From a virus: a stretch of 64,000 nucleotides of DNA. The DNA is taken from positions 3,445 to 67,444 of IMG/VR virus record IMGVR_UViG_3300020037_004335. One strand, written 5' to 3'. Position 1 is the stretch's first letter. Every line of letters begins with the position of its first letter. This document shows, one piece after another, positions 10,504 through 21,760 of this stretch. The position numbers were made by a program, and so were the translations under genes. The notes below the pieces were generated by a model. The model was not told the origin of the DNA and made no database searches. It worked only from the letters and a program-made list of their open reading frames with translations.

Positions 10504-11310
10504 CTAAGAGATTATATTTAATTCTGGAAAGTGTTTAATTAAAAATTCGTATAAGCTAGTAATTGTCAAATTAGGTGGTTTAGTGAAATTAAACTCTTTT
10601 TCCCAGTTACAATTTTGAAATAATTTCAAAATTGCAACTCTAAGTTCTTCATTTTTAACTTTTATAAAAATTGTCTTAGCATACTCTTCTGGACTAGCAA
10701 CAAATCGCCCAACGCTACCATAAGTACAAATTCCAAAATCATAATCATTTTTTATAAAAGTTTTATTTTTAGTTCTTCTGAACTCTGATATTTCTATATC
10801 TTTTAACTTAAATCTCTTTTTTAGCTTTAAATTTAATAATCCATTTGGAGGTCTTTTATAAATATTAAAACAGCAATGGACATTTACGTTTGAGTATTTT
10901 AATACTGTTAAATCCTCTGAATAAATTAAATCAAAATCATATAAACTAGCGCTATTGTTTAGTTGAGAAATAGGTAATATGAAAGCTACATAATCACTCT
11001 TTTTTACTGCTTTTTTATAAAAAGAAGTAGCTAATCTATTTTTTACTCCAAATGGCGGATTGCCTATAAATAATCTTCCTTTTTTATACTCTAGTTCTAA
11101 TTCTAAAAAATCAGCTTGAATAATATTGTCTGATTCTGGAACTAAATCGTAAGCGATACAGTTATCAATTTGATTAGAGAAACTACCACTTCCAGCAGAA
11201 GGTTCTATTATTTCAGTTATATTTTCAATCCCAATAATTTCATAAGTTTTATCAATTAGTCTTTTTGATAACTCAACTGGAGTATAGTATTTATCGTTTA
11301 ATATTTCCAT
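10504..11310 (-). CDS. Amino-methyltransferase, probably N6-adenine DNA MTase (gamma-class motif order)
   Basis: YYTP, IEPSAGSG (motif I) preceding GNPPF (motif IV), FILP. Confidence 0.85.
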   Translation of the reverse strand: MEILNDKYYTPVELSKRLIDKTYEIIGIENITEIIEPSAGSGSFSNQIDNCIAYDLVPESDNIIQADFLELELEYKKGRLFIGNPPFGVKNRLATSFYKKAVKKSDYVAFILPISQLNNSASLYDFDLIYSEDLTVLKYSNVNVHCCFNIYKRPPNGLLNLKLKKRFKLKDIEISEFRRTKNKTFIKNDYDFGICTYGSVGRFVASPEEYAKTIFIKVKNEELRVAILKLFQNCNWEKEFNFTKPPNLTITSLYEFLIKHFPELNIIS

Positions 11311-11322
11311 CTTGTTTTATTT

Positions 11323-11406
11323 TCCTTTAAATAAAATTCTATATAAATATAATAAAATAAAAAAGATATTAAGTCAATCTTTTTATAAGTCAACTTAATA
11401 TCTTTT
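11323..11406 (-). promoter_or_regulatory. nrdJ terminator hairpin overlapping the MTase promoter and a variant leader box
   Basis: aaaagatattaagt...acttaatatctttt inverted repeat; TTGACT-17-TATTAT; ATATAGAATTTTATTTAAAGGA. Confidence 0.65.
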
Positions 11407-11422
11407 AACAATCCAATCTAAT

Positions 11423-14353
11423 TTACTTGATTGGACAAACTCCGCTTTCACATTCAAAATTCTCTAACATCTTAGTAGAATCAACGCTATCAAGCACTTC
11501 TTTTGATAAAGGAGCTACTTTAGAATTATACTCTAGAAACTCTTCTCTAGTAATCTCTTGATAAGGTTGTTGAGCAAAGTTTCCATTACTGAAGATCATG
11601 AAAGAAATAGTTTTGAAATTGTCATTGTAGTTCTCTTTAAGATATTGTTTAATTATATCAAGATCTTCAAATTGAAATTTAACTGTTTGAGAAATTGACT
11701 GATCTACAAAAGTAGATTGCCAGATCTTATTCAATTCCATTTGTTCAATAGCTGATACATTCTTTTCAGTAAAGTTCTTATTTAAAGCTTCACAAGCAAA
11801 ATAAACTACTTTAGTATTTGGGTTAGTAGTCCAATCAGTAACATTGCCATTTTCATCAAATTTAGTAAAAACTATCGCATCTTCTATTCTATATCCCAAC
11901 GCTTGAAGTTTTGGAAGAAGTTTATCGTTTGCGTCAAATCTAACTGTTCTAAACCAGTAAGGAGAATAAGATAAGTGAATACCAGCATCGATTCCTAATA
12001 ACAATGCAATTGTTCCAGATGGTTTTTGAACTGTTAGTTTAATTGATTCTGGTAAATTGAGTTTCTTAGATAATTTTCTATCATATTTTCTAAGATTCTC
12101 ATAAGCTTTCTTAGCAATATGTTGAAAGTCTGACATTATTCCAGCAATTCCAGAAATATCACCTCCAACTCTGAGATTGGCATTAACTAAATCTTGATTA
12201 TATAGGAACATCTTTGAAGCGATTGTTTTAGAATTTAAGTGCATTAATTGTAGCAAGTCATTTAACTCTGCTTCAGTACATTTAGAACCAGCGATTGTGT
12301 AAAGATTACAATTCTCTCCTGACTCAAGATTAGCTTCTCCACAATTAAATATAATAAACCCATTACACCAGAATAAATGTTCTTCACTATCAACCAATAT
12401 ATCTACAACTTCTTCAGTCGATATATAATCTTCTTTTATTATTTTGAAATCAATAATTTCATAAGGTATGAAAAACGATTGACCTAAAACTACATCTTGA
12501 GAAGATATAAAAGCTGAATTACTGATTTCAAATTTATCTCCATTTGATAAAACTTTATGATTTTGAGTTAAATCAATTGACTTTGAGTTTTGAGCAGTAT
12601 ATCTGTAAACGTCTTTTAAACCTCTTGAAATTATCTTTTTAACTTTAACAAACTTCTTGCCATCCCAAATACTATCTCCTTCTTGTAAATCTTTTATTTG
12701 AATTATTCCTTTATCATGGTGTAAAACATTATTTGTTACACTCGAACATGGGTTGCACATAATCGCATCAGGATCAGCTTTAACTAATACTCTATTCAAG
12801 CCATTATGATAAAACTTCCTATCATTTAAGTATTGCTCTTCGCTTTCATAAAGATCTTCTATTTGTTCAAGTAAGTCTGAAATCTTATCACTGTTTTTAT
12901 CAAGTTTTTCAGAAATCTCATAAAAATCCTCTGCTTCATCGTCTATAGTATCAAAATAATCTTGCAATGAATTATTTTCTTTTTCAAGTTCTTCGATTTT
13001 ATTTTCTTTAAATTTAATAGAGTTTTTAACTTTATTATAAGCTTTAACTTCTTGAATAGTTTTAAAGTACTTCTGATCATTTATTATATTATCGTTTCCT
13101 AAACGTCCGTACTTTTGCATTAAATCTCTATTGAGTAAGCCAATTGCTTCACCTTTATTCTCATAACTTTCCCAAAACTCTTTTGGTAAAAGATTAACAT
13201 CATTACAAACAATAGTAATATTAACATTCTTACGATAAGATGGAATAACGAATTTATCATATCTCTTATAGTTCATGAAATCAATGTCTGTAATATCTGA
13301 AGAAGCGATTAAAGCAGTTCTTCTAACATTTCCAGAAACTACAATATCTCCGATAATACAAACAACATCAGTCCATTGAACTGAATTTAATTGTTTTCCT
13401 CTATTTTGTTCAAATAGATCAATTAATATCTTGAGTCCTTCAATTAAGCTTTCATCTCCAGAAGCAGTTCCACCGAATCCTTCAATATCTTCACCTTTTT
13501 CTCTTATAAGAGTCGTATCTATTTTAAGAGTCATTTCATCGTATGGAGTTTCAAAATAAATCTTAAATATTTCATCAAGTGTTCTAACCCAACCTTCTCT
13601 TGAATCTGGAACAATTAGAACAATGTTTTGAATCTTTTTAATTAAATCTCCTGTTTCCATATTCCATACATTGTTAGCATCATAGAGAATCTTACCATCT
13701 TCTTTATTGAATTTAGTATAATCAACATCTTCAACATTTTTAACAAATTCAACTTTAATATCAGAAGATTTAACAGGAGCTATTTTAGAAATGAATTGCT
13801 TCTCAACACTAAATCCACAACCACCACCTAACATAAGCAAATCAAACATCTTAGTAATATTATTTGCTATTGAATCAACTGAGTCGATATTGAAATAATA
13901 ACAATTGATTAAACTATTCATGATTCCAGAATTAGCAAGTCTTGTGTCAGCTTGCCAGTTGAATCTTCCAGAAAAAGAGTATTTGAGATCCATTGAGTAT
14001 TGAAATAATCTTTCTAGTTGTTTCTTAGTGTAAGGAGTACCAATTTTAATGGATCCTTTCAATGTTCTAGCAGTTGTTTCATGCCATTCTTCTGTTCTCT
14101 CAACAACTTCGCCATCTTTTATAAGTTCTTTAAGCTTCTTAGAATCTACATTGAATTTAAGTTTGAACTCATCTTTATATAACCATTTATTTGATTTATC
14201 ATGAGAACCTTTATAAAGTTTTCTCGCATAAGTTCTTTTATATATTACATAACCTAAACCTTCAAAACCCCATTTAATCGGATAATCTTCAAATTTTGCT
14301 TTCAATTTGTCAATAAATTTAATCTTGCTCTTCTGAGCTTTTGTTAACTCCAT
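11423..14353 (-). CDS. nrdJ: Class II (adenosylcobalamin-dependent) ribonucleotide reductase with intein
   Basis: YKRTYAR, INCY, GGGCGF, PDSREGW, GFGGTASG, VVSGNVRRTA, NP|CGE..L...CNL, TVQKPSGT, C-terminal CESGVCPIK. Confidence 0.93.
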   Translation of the reverse strand: MELTKAQKSKIKFIDKLKAKFEDYPIKWGFEGLGYVIYKRTYARKLYKGSHDKSNKWLYKDEFKLKFNVDSKKLKELIKDGEVVERTEEWHETTARTLKGSIKIGTPYTKKQLERLFQYSMDLKYSFSGRFNWQADTRLANSGIMNSLINCYYFNIDSVDSIANNITKMFDLLMLGGGCGFSVEKQFISKIAPVKSSDIKVEFVKNVEDVDYTKFNKEDGKILYDANNVWNMETGDLIKKIQNIVLIVPDSREGWVRTLDEIFKIYFETPYDEMTLKIDTTLIREKGEDIEGFGGTASGDESLIEGLKILIDLFEQNRGKQLNSVQWTDVVCIIGDIVVSGNVRRTALIASSDITDIDFMNYKRYDKFVIPSYRKNVNITIVCNDVNLLPKEFWESYENKGEAIGLLNRDLMQKYGRLGNDNIINDQKYFKTIQEVKAYNKVKNSIKFKENKIEELEKENNSLQDYFDTIDDEAEDFYEISEKLDKNSDKISDLLEQIEDLYESEEQYLNDRKFYHNGLNRVLVKADPDAIMCNPCSSVTNNVLHHDKGIIQIKDLQEGDSIWDGKKFVKVKKIISRGLKDVYRYTAQNSKSIDLTQNHKVLSNGDKFEISNSAFISSQDVVLGQSFFIPYEIIDFKIIKEDYISTEEVVDILVDSEEHLFWCNGFIIFNCGEANLESGENCNLYTIAGSKCTEAELNDLLQLMHLNSKTIASKMFLYNQDLVNANLRVGGDISGIAGIMSDFQHIAKKAYENLRKYDRKLSKKLNLPESIKLTVQKPSGTIALLLGIDAGIHLSYSPYWFRTVRFDANDKLLPKLQALGYRIEDAIVFTKFDENGNVTDWTTNPNTKVVYFACEALNKNFTEKNVSAIEQMELNKIWQSTFVDQSISQTVKFQFEDLDIIKQYLKENYNDNFKTISFMIFSNGNFAQQPYQEITREEFLEYNSKVAPLSKEVLDSVDSTKMLENFECESGVCPIK
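12344..12748 (-). mobile_element. 135-aa mini-intein in the NrdJ active-site NP|CGE loop
   Basis: Starts at Cys (CSSVT), block B LTQNHK, block F VVDILV, ends NGFIIFN, +1 Cys is the catalytic thiyl Cys; no LAGLIDADG domain. Confidence 0.9.
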
Positions 14354-14486
14354 TTAATAAACCTCTTTATTAAAACTCACATAAATATCTCTTCAATTAA
14401 AGTAAAAAGAGTTACCTTATTAGATAACTCTCATACTCATTAAAGAGGTTAAATATTATTTTACTTCCTATTGTTCAAAAAGTCAA
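14354..14486 (-). promoter_or_regulatory. nrdJ promoter and structured 5' leader
   Basis: TTGACT-17-TAAAAT; the leader begins aacctcttta, complementary to the RBS region taaagaggtt; internal hairpin gagttat/gtaactc followed by a U-run. Confidence 0.6.
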
Positions 14487-14493
14487 GCTATAT

Positions 14494-14775
14494 TTAAAAT
14501 GTTTTATCTTTTCTTGATTGAACTCTTTGCTTTAAGTATTCAGTTGGTATGTTAATTCTAAAAAAGAACGTTTGATGTTCTTGATTAAATTCTATATCAT
14601 TATAATCAATTTTAACAGTAGCTAGCTCATTATTTGAAAGGTCAATTATCTTAATTGATACGAATTGATTATCAATAGTTGGATCGTTTAAATCTGGCTC
14701 ATTTATAGAGTTATCAAAACTGAAAGCACTCAATAAAATAAAGCTTAATCCAGTTAATAGAATCTTTTTAAACAT
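14494..14775 (-). CDS. Secreted/periplasmic protein with signal peptide
   Basis: MFKKILLTGLSFILLSAFS N-terminus; directly downstream of the endolysin. Confidence 0.6.
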   Translation of the reverse strand: MFKKILLTGLSFILLSAFSFDNSINEPDLNDPTIDNQFVSIKIIDLSNNELATVKIDYNDIEFNQEHQTFFFRINIPTEYLKQRVQSRKDKTF

Positions 14776-14801
14776 TTTAGTTCTCCTTATTGTAATTATT
14801 A

Positions 14802-15236
14802 TTAAACCTTATTAAATAAATTCTTTTCAGCAGTTCTTCTATTTGTTAAACCTAATATCACTCTTCCTCCACCTTTATTCCATCTTAAGAATTGCTCTGA
14901 AGCTCCTTTATAATCACTCTTATTTAAAAGCTTTAGTAAAGTAGACTGAAGAAAAGATCCGACTCCAACATTAAAAGCAAAAGAAACTAAAGCATCAAAT
15001 TGATTTTGAGTTAATTTGACTTTAACAGATGAGTTAATAGCATTTTCAAAACCAATTATATCTTTTCTAAATAAATCATATACTTCTTTATCTGTTAGAG
15101 GTTTAGGAAAACTTTCACCTTTTTTTATAAGATGTCCAATTCCTATTGTTGGAAGCCCAACCGCATCAAGATAAGTAGAGTTTCTCTTGCCTTCCCAATT
15201 AGCTATAAATTTTATTCCATTATCACTTATTTTCAT
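14802..15236 (-). CDS. GH24 phage lysozyme (endolysin)
   Basis: WEG..YLDAVGLPTIGIGH catalytic E/D/T triad; QNQFDALVSFAFNVG; GLTNRRTAE. Confidence 0.95.
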   Translation of the reverse strand: MKISDNGIKFIANWEGKRNSTYLDAVGLPTIGIGHLIKKGESFPKPLTDKEVYDLFRKDIIGFENAINSSVKVKLTQNQFDALVSFAFNVGVGSFLQSTLLKLLNKSDYKGASEQFLRWNKGGGRVILGLTNRRTAEKNLFNKV

Positions 15237-15238
15237 TA

Positions 15239-18200
15239 TTATTCCTTTATGTTTTTTAAAAACAACTCTACATCAGCATCTCTAGTCAATCTTGTAATTA
15301 AATTATCAGATAACTCAATATGTTTCTCAAGCTTAAAGATATATTGAAACAAATCAAGAAAACACTCATAATCAATTTTTTTATGAACTTCATGTGATTC
15401 TAAACTAAGTATTTTACTTATGATAGTTTTCTTAATCTCTTCATCATCTAAATTCTTAATTATATTCGGTCTTTCTTGATTCTTATTAAACATATTTTAT
15501 CTTCTTTTTCTTGATTTACTGTAATAATGATTGTGAACTACTACTTTTCTACGCTCTCTTCTTTTAAAGAAGTTATTGCTACGACTATTATTATAATGAT
15601 GATGGTGTCTCTCAATCACTCGAGCTGGTCTACTGTAGCTATCATTATAATCATAAGTATTGTAATCATATCTTGTGTTGCTGTCACAACTTATTGTAAA
15701 AACACTTAAACATATCAACACTATTATTGTTTTAAATCTATTTTCATTATTTTCTTACCTCTAATTCAACTTCGTACCCATAATCAGTTTTATAATATGT
15801 TTTATTGTTAAACCCAATTCTTATTTGATTAGGAATAACTTCTTTAATTCTCTGAAAACAGTTATAAGAACACTCAATATAAGAGATATTATAACCATCT
15901 CTTATAAGCTGAGTCAAATCTTCTTGAATTAAATAAACAAATGATTCAATTCCAATTAAATAATATTTAAGTGAAACTATTTTAGTTTTTTCATTTAATA
16001 AGCAATTAAACGTTATTGACTCAGCTTCATTCTCATTTTTAAAAGACTCATGTGTCTTAAAAAACTCATTAACAATTCTCTCAATTTCTTTATCTCTTTT
16101 CTCTTCATAATCGTCATCTTCAGAATAATTATAAAGATCATCTTCTAAACTAACTTCTCTTATATCATGAGAATATATGTATAAAGATTCTTCAAGAGAA
16201 TTAAAGAAATCAAATAAATTAATATTATGTCCTTCGTCAACTAGCTTACCGTTTAAATAAATCCAACACCAATCTTCAACTTTTACTTTAAGTAGTTTAT
16301 TTCTCATCTTTATTGTAAATTTCCTTAATCCATCTTTTCACTATGTCTTCATTATCATCTGAGTCTAAAAATACTTCGTCTTGAACTTCTATATCGTTAA
16401 TATTTTCTAAAATATTCGTATCATAATCTTTATGAACAAAACCAACTCTAATATCAATATTGTTTTCTATTAAACTTTTTAGAAGTTCTGAAGCTACGTT
16501 AGAAGCACAAGTAGATTCAAGACCAACATAATCAAGTACTTCACCAGTTTCTAAACTAAATATTCCAGTACTCACTCCATTATCAAAATCTACTAGAAGT
16601 ATTTGAGGTTTTAATACACTATTTTCTATTTTCATTTCTTTTAAAACTCCACCAATCTTTAAATAAATCAATCTTAAAATCAATATAAGATCTGATATAA
16701 TTATACCAATTATCTTTCTTATTTTCAAGTTCTTTATTTAATTCTTGACCAGCTTTCTCAACATCTGTTTGTTCTGGTTGTTGTGTATTGGAATGAGCTA
16801 CAATATAGTTATCATACCACTCATACATTTGTTTTTGTAATTCAACTGAAGAAACTATAGCTGGAGTTACAGTAGCTATTACATCATTCATGTTTAGAGA
16901 TAATCTAACAGTTGATAAACTTGCTCCAGAAGCATCAAAACAAAGTAGAACCATTCCAGATTCAAATAATTCTATACAAAATCCAGTTCTAGTAACAAGT
17001 CCATTGATAGGATCGTGCATTTCAACTGTTATTAAATAACCGTTCTCAATACTATATTTGAAGTTACTTATATGTTCTTCAAATCTTGTTTCGTTAAATT
17101 CACTCATTTAAATCACCTCTACTTATTAATGTTACGATAACTCCAATTATAAAGCTTATTAAAGCAGTTCCGAATAAAATGCTTATAATAACTAAAGAAT
17201 TTCCAAATTCAATCACAAGTATACTCCCATTTTAAATATTTAGGAATTTCAGAATCATCTTCAACTTCATCTTCTCTTAATCTTGATGGTATATCAAATA
17301 ATTCATCTAAATTTTTACTTAATTCTATATCTGTTTTTAGTATATCTAATTCAAAAGTTTTAAGAAAAAACAAATAAGATATATAAACTCCAATTATAAG
17401 ACCAAATATAACAGAGCCAAAAACAGTAAATCCAAATTCAACCATAATTACTCACCGTCTTGATATTGAAATTCATAAAAAGCAGAAATAATCATCTCAG
17501 CAATAATTACTCCAATGACTGTAGCGATTATAGTTACAATAAAACTAGTCATATCAATTTCTCCTTATTTTTATATTAAATTCAACATTCTCATCTTTAG
17601 CACTTAACTCAAGCCAATTTTCATTAGATTCAACTTTATCAAAATTCAAATCATAATGTACCATTTTTTTTATCAATAAATCTATAGAACTTATGAAAAT
17701 CATCTGTAGTGAAATCGTTTAAACTTATATCTATTCTCATTTATTTAACCTTTATTATTTTGAATAGTTGCGACTAATTTAGATTTTAATAAAGAAATTC
17801 TATCAAACAAATCTTCTTCGTTATCATCATTATAAATTAACCATTGTTCGGTAGCAGTATCAAATATCTGCTCTAATAAATCTATGTCATATTTATCAAA
17901 TTTTATCATTTATTTTTTTAACTTTTCTACATTATATTTCATCATATTTTCTTGTATTATTCTATTTAAGCATTCTTCAGCTATACCAGTTCCAAATTTA
18001 TTAGTTATTGATATTGTTTCTATATCTCTATATGGTTTCCACCCATTATAACTAAAATTAAATGGTCTTGATTTACCGATAAACATTTTGTTAACCTTAT
18101 AATCAAAATCAGTTATTATAAAAGATGAAAGTAAAACTAGTTGACTATCACAAACTTTATATCTTCGTTGATTTTTTAAATTGAAATAATATTTTCTCTC

Positions 18201-18716
18201 AAACTCTTCCAAATAAACATTCAATATGTTTCTAATTCCAGTATAAGTAACACTAACTGGTTCTTTATAGATTTTAAATACAAGTCTTTTATAATCATCT
18301 ATTTTGATATAAGCTGTTTGATGATCGTAATTATCATATCTTACATCAGAAATTCTATCAAATTTTATCTTATATTCATTAGAAAATGATTGAAAGTTTC
18401 TTATAAACATTTATTTACTGTTTCCTCTAATTAACTTAATAATTATAACATCTTCATGTAACCAATGATTTTCAATAACTATAGTTTCAAATGTTGAATT
18501 ATCTAACCATTCTTTAGCTTTAGAGCTATTTGAACCAACTATTTCAATTAAACAAGATATAATTTGTCTTTTAATATCACGTTCAAGCTCTTGAGTGTAA
18601 GGATTGATAAAAAACTTACTCTTATTTAAAGAATTTGAAAGAAGAAATTTTATAACAGATTCATCATATCTAGTATTATCTTCTATAAAAGACTCTATAT
18701 CAATCTCTAACTTCAC
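15239..18716 (-). CDS. Cluster of small hypothetical ORFs (15239-15493, 15497-15721 lipoprotein-like, 15747-16307, 16297-16728, 16619-17107, 17209-17445 TM, 17910-18410, 18411-18716)
   Basis: Contiguous leftward ORFs with RBSs; further ORFs under 60 aa probably fill 17450-17910. Confidence 0.5.
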
Positions 18717-19372
18717 TATTTACTTCCTTTATCAATATAATAAGTTCCAAAATTCACATCAAACTTATTGTCAATCAAATAAGTCATTATTAAAGCCATT
18801 GCATCATATTCATCTTCTGAGTTGAATTTAACTATCTCAGATAATTTAGGAATAACTTTAATATCAATATATTCTCTAGTAATTCTCTTATATTCTTTTC
18901 GTTCAAGCTTACAGTTATTGAAAAGAATCTTATGCCATGAGTTAGGATAATATAACTTGAACTTACTTATATAATCATCTGTTACTGAAGCAACTCTTAC
19001 AATAGCAAATACATCAGAAATTTTAGAAAACTGTGCTTCAGATACAATTACATCTATCTTATAATCAGTCTTGACACGATTAATGTTTTTTAAAAACTCA
19101 TATAATCTTATATTATTCCAATATTCAGATAATTCATCTTGAATCCTATCTTCTGCTGTTTTAACTTTCTTAACTTTTTTCTCACCTTTAACTTTTTTAA
19201 CTTTCTCTCTTTTTACAAAAGGAATGTTTTTAAAAAGTAACTCTTCTTTTTTATTGATTTGAGAAAGTGAGTTAAATTTATAAGTTTCATTCAATAAGAC
19301 TTTATTCTCATCAGTTGAGAAGAGAACAAGACCGAATGAACTATATGAAACGTCACAAGATAGAATGTTCAT
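18716..19372 (-). CDS. RuvC-like Holliday junction resolvase
   Basis: ILSCDVSYSSFGLV, DVIVSE, PNSWHK, DEYDAMAL RNase H-fold acidic residues. Confidence 0.8.
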   Translation of the reverse strand: MNILSCDVSYSSFGLVLFSTDENKVLLNETYKFNSLSQINKKEELLFKNIPFVKREKVKKVKGEKKVKKVKTAEDRIQDELSEYWNNIRLYEFLKNINRVKTDYKIDVIVSEAQFSKISDVFAIVRVASVTDDYISKFKLYYPNSWHKILFNNCKLERKEYKRITREYIDIKVIPKLSEIVKFNSEDEYDAMALIMTYLIDNKFDVNFGTYYIDKGSK

Positions 19373-19569
19373 TATGCTAAGTTAGCTCTTACAAAACAAT
19401 CTTTAGCTTCAAGTAACTTTCTTAAGCCAGCGGATTTCTCTGCTGAATCTGGAAGTATTTGCTCCATCAAATCAGCTAATTCTCCAACTGGTTTAGATAT
19501 TTTTTGTAAATGTTCTGGTAAGTGATTATAAGCGAAAAACTTAATAATCGGATTTGGTAATTTATTCAT
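19372..19569 (-). CDS. Small helical-hairpin phage protein, candidate Acb2/Tad1-like nucleotide-signal sponge
   Basis: FAYNHLPEHLQ...PDSAEKSAGLRKLLEAKDCFVRA; resembles the RE.S.A.TKLEEA hairpin of Acb2/Tad1-type proteins. Confidence 0.45.
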   Translation of the reverse strand: MNKLPNPIIKFFAYNHLPEHLQKISKPVGELADLMEQILPDSAEKSAGLRKLLEAKDCFVRANLA

Positions 19570-20513
19570 TATCTCTTAACTCCTTTAAAGTCAAATGTTT
19601 TTAAAAAGCTTTTACGTTTACTTTTATCAAGTTTATCTGTATCAGCTTCTAACATTATATCAAATAATCTATCTTTATACAAGTAATTCAGAAAGTTACA
19701 AAATAACTCTTCCTTTGACTCGAAATTGAACTCTAATATGTTTTGATAGTTTCTTTTTAAAAAGTTCTCAAATGACTTGTTATGGTTCTCTAAAGTCAAA
19801 TCTGTGAATGAGTAAGATTCTAAAAAGATATTGAAATAGTAAAGAAGAGATAATATCATTATAACTTTTTCATCTAAATTTATCTTTTTAAATAACTTGA
19901 CTTTATAGAAGAAGTTAGTTTGAGCTATTATATCAATTTCATTAACATCTACTAATTCTGGATCGAAGTTTTCATTCCAACTTTCTTCGATATGTGTTAT
20001 CAAGCTTTCAGTCATCTTGATTTGAGAGAAATTGACCTTCTGAATATCGTATTGATTTAATATTCCATCTTTAGCAGTTATATTAACTAATTTCTTTTTC
20101 TTACGTTCTAGCCATTGTTTAATTTGTTTCTTTTCTTTTAAAGACAGTTTTCTATAAACAATCTTCTGTTCACCTTCCTGTTTGTCATCTTCAAAACCAA
20201 CATTGATTTCATCATAAGAATCTTCTTTATTTAAATCTTCAGTTTCTTCTTCTTGAATGGTTTTAACAGTTGTTAAATCACTTTTATGTCTTTTAGAAAC
20301 AAGATAATCTGAGTTCATCTGTTCATAGAGATTCTGATCTTTAGTCGATTGACCAGATCGGGGCTGAGTTGTTCTATTACGTCTTGAAGCACTTATTCTT
20401 TTACGAGTTTCATTAGATAAAGTTCTCTTTTTAGAGAGTTTAACCTCATCATGTTTTAAGGCTTCTTCTTTTGTATCGAAGCATTTGTTATCTGAACTAT
20501 AGTATTTTATCAC
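19569..20513 (-). CDS. NUMOD3-motif DNA-binding protein
   Basis: KRTLSNETRKRISASRR NUMOD3-like motif; no HNH or GIY-YIG motif seen. Confidence 0.55.
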   Translation of the reverse strand: MIKYYSSDNKCFDTKEEALKHDEVKLSKKRTLSNETRKRISASRRNRTTQPRSGQSTKDQNLYEQMNSDYLVSKRHKSDLTTVKTIQEEETEDLNKEDSYDEINVGFEDDKQEGEQKIVYRKLSLKEKKQIKQWLERKKKKLVNITAKDGILNQYDIQKVNFSQIKMTESLITHIEESWNENFDPELVDVNEIDIIAQTNFFYKVKLFKKINLDEKVIMILSLLYYFNIFLESYSFTDLTLENHNKSFENFLKRNYQNILEFNFESKEELFCNFLNYLYKDRLFDIMLEADTDKLDKSKRKSFLKTFDFKGVKR

Positions 20514-20628
20514 AGGTTTCTCTTAATCTCTTTTTAAAAAAATAACTTAACTAAGTGCTATTATAACACTTCTGTTAAGTTATGTAAAGTTTTGTAAAAT
20601 ACTAAATTGGTTTAATTAAACTAAAACA

Positions 20629-21561
20629 TCAACGATTTAACTCTCTAACTTTAATTGGTTCAACCAATTCACATTTTATAACATTATCATCAATGTAAAC
20701 ATGTTTATAATATGATAAACAATTTCTAAGATTAACAAATCTATCGAGATCGACTAATAAAAATAATAAATCTTCTTTAGAAAATCTTGATATGATTTCA
20801 ACATCTTTAAATTTAAAAAAATCTCCTCTACTTAAATCTTTAAGCTTAAGTTCTTTAGTTTTAGTTTTACTTTTTATTGTTTCAATTTCTATCATTTATT
20901 CATTTCTCTCTCTTTTAAATCATATCTCTTGATAAGTTTATCTAAATAACTTATATCACATAAAATACTTAAATAAACATCATATTCATTTCTAACAGCT
21001 TTTTTACATTGAATAGTTGAGAAAACTATCTCAAGATAATTTGAAACATTTTCACTAACTTCTATTGGAATATAATTAGGTCTGTTAATAATATAAAATT
21101 CAACAGAATTATCTTCAACAAGATATTTCAACATATCTTTTATTGTAAAATCTCTCAATAAATCTCTTCCAAACTCTTCATATTTATTGATTTTAAAACT
21201 ATAAGAATGAATTAAACTGTTCTTAATAATATCTTTCTTATTTTTATTTGATAAAGAACTTGTATCGTAGAACTTGCTTTGAAATTTATCCATCTTATTT
21301 AACTTCTCTAACTTTAATTGATTCAATTTGTTTTAATTTAATAACTTTTCTTCCAATATCATCAGGAAAAAATTCTGTTAAATAATGAAAACCATCCGTG
21401 AGAGAAGTATAACCATCATCTGTTTTAAAATTAAAAATATCACTGTCATTATCGACAAATCTAAACAATTGACCTTTCTCTAAATCTTCAAAATTACTTA
21501 ACTTGCCAATATCTTCTAACTTAAATTCCATAAAATTAATCCTCCATAAAATAAATTTCAT
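20629..21561 (-). CDS. Three small early ORFs; 20629-20895 and 21295-21561 are paralogs
   Basis: DLxxGxxFxFxD...SL...Y...VIK...IKVRE shared; promoter TTGACT-17-TAAGAT at about 21568-21596. Confidence 0.6.
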
Positions 21562-21760
21562 AACTAGATCTTACTACAGTCTTTTTTAAAAGTCAATAGG
21601 TTTATAATAAAATTGTTATATTACTTAATAAATTACTCAATGATTATTCAGAATCTTATAAAACTAATTTGTAGAAGAGTTTATGCTTATTAAAGTCCAA
21701 ACATATTAACTCTATAAAATCTCTTCTGTATGGACTTGCTATGAATGTTAAAAGTTAAAT

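Noticed and set aside
14354-14463. Classical cobalamin riboswitch upstream of nrdJ
   Set aside because: The leader is only about 100 nt, AT-rich and lacks a recognisable B12 box; kept only as a generic structured leader
15721-15747. Programmed frameshift creating a full lipoprotein signal (MKNRFKTIIVLICLSVFTISC)
   Set aside because: The upstream ATG is one base out of frame at an A-run; a sequencing indel or simple GTG start cannot be excluded, so it is too weak to claim
16619-16728. Long overlap between ORFs 16297-16728 and 16619-17107
   Set aside because: The real start is probably the internal MKIENSV with a GGAG RBS, which reduces it to an ordinary short overlap
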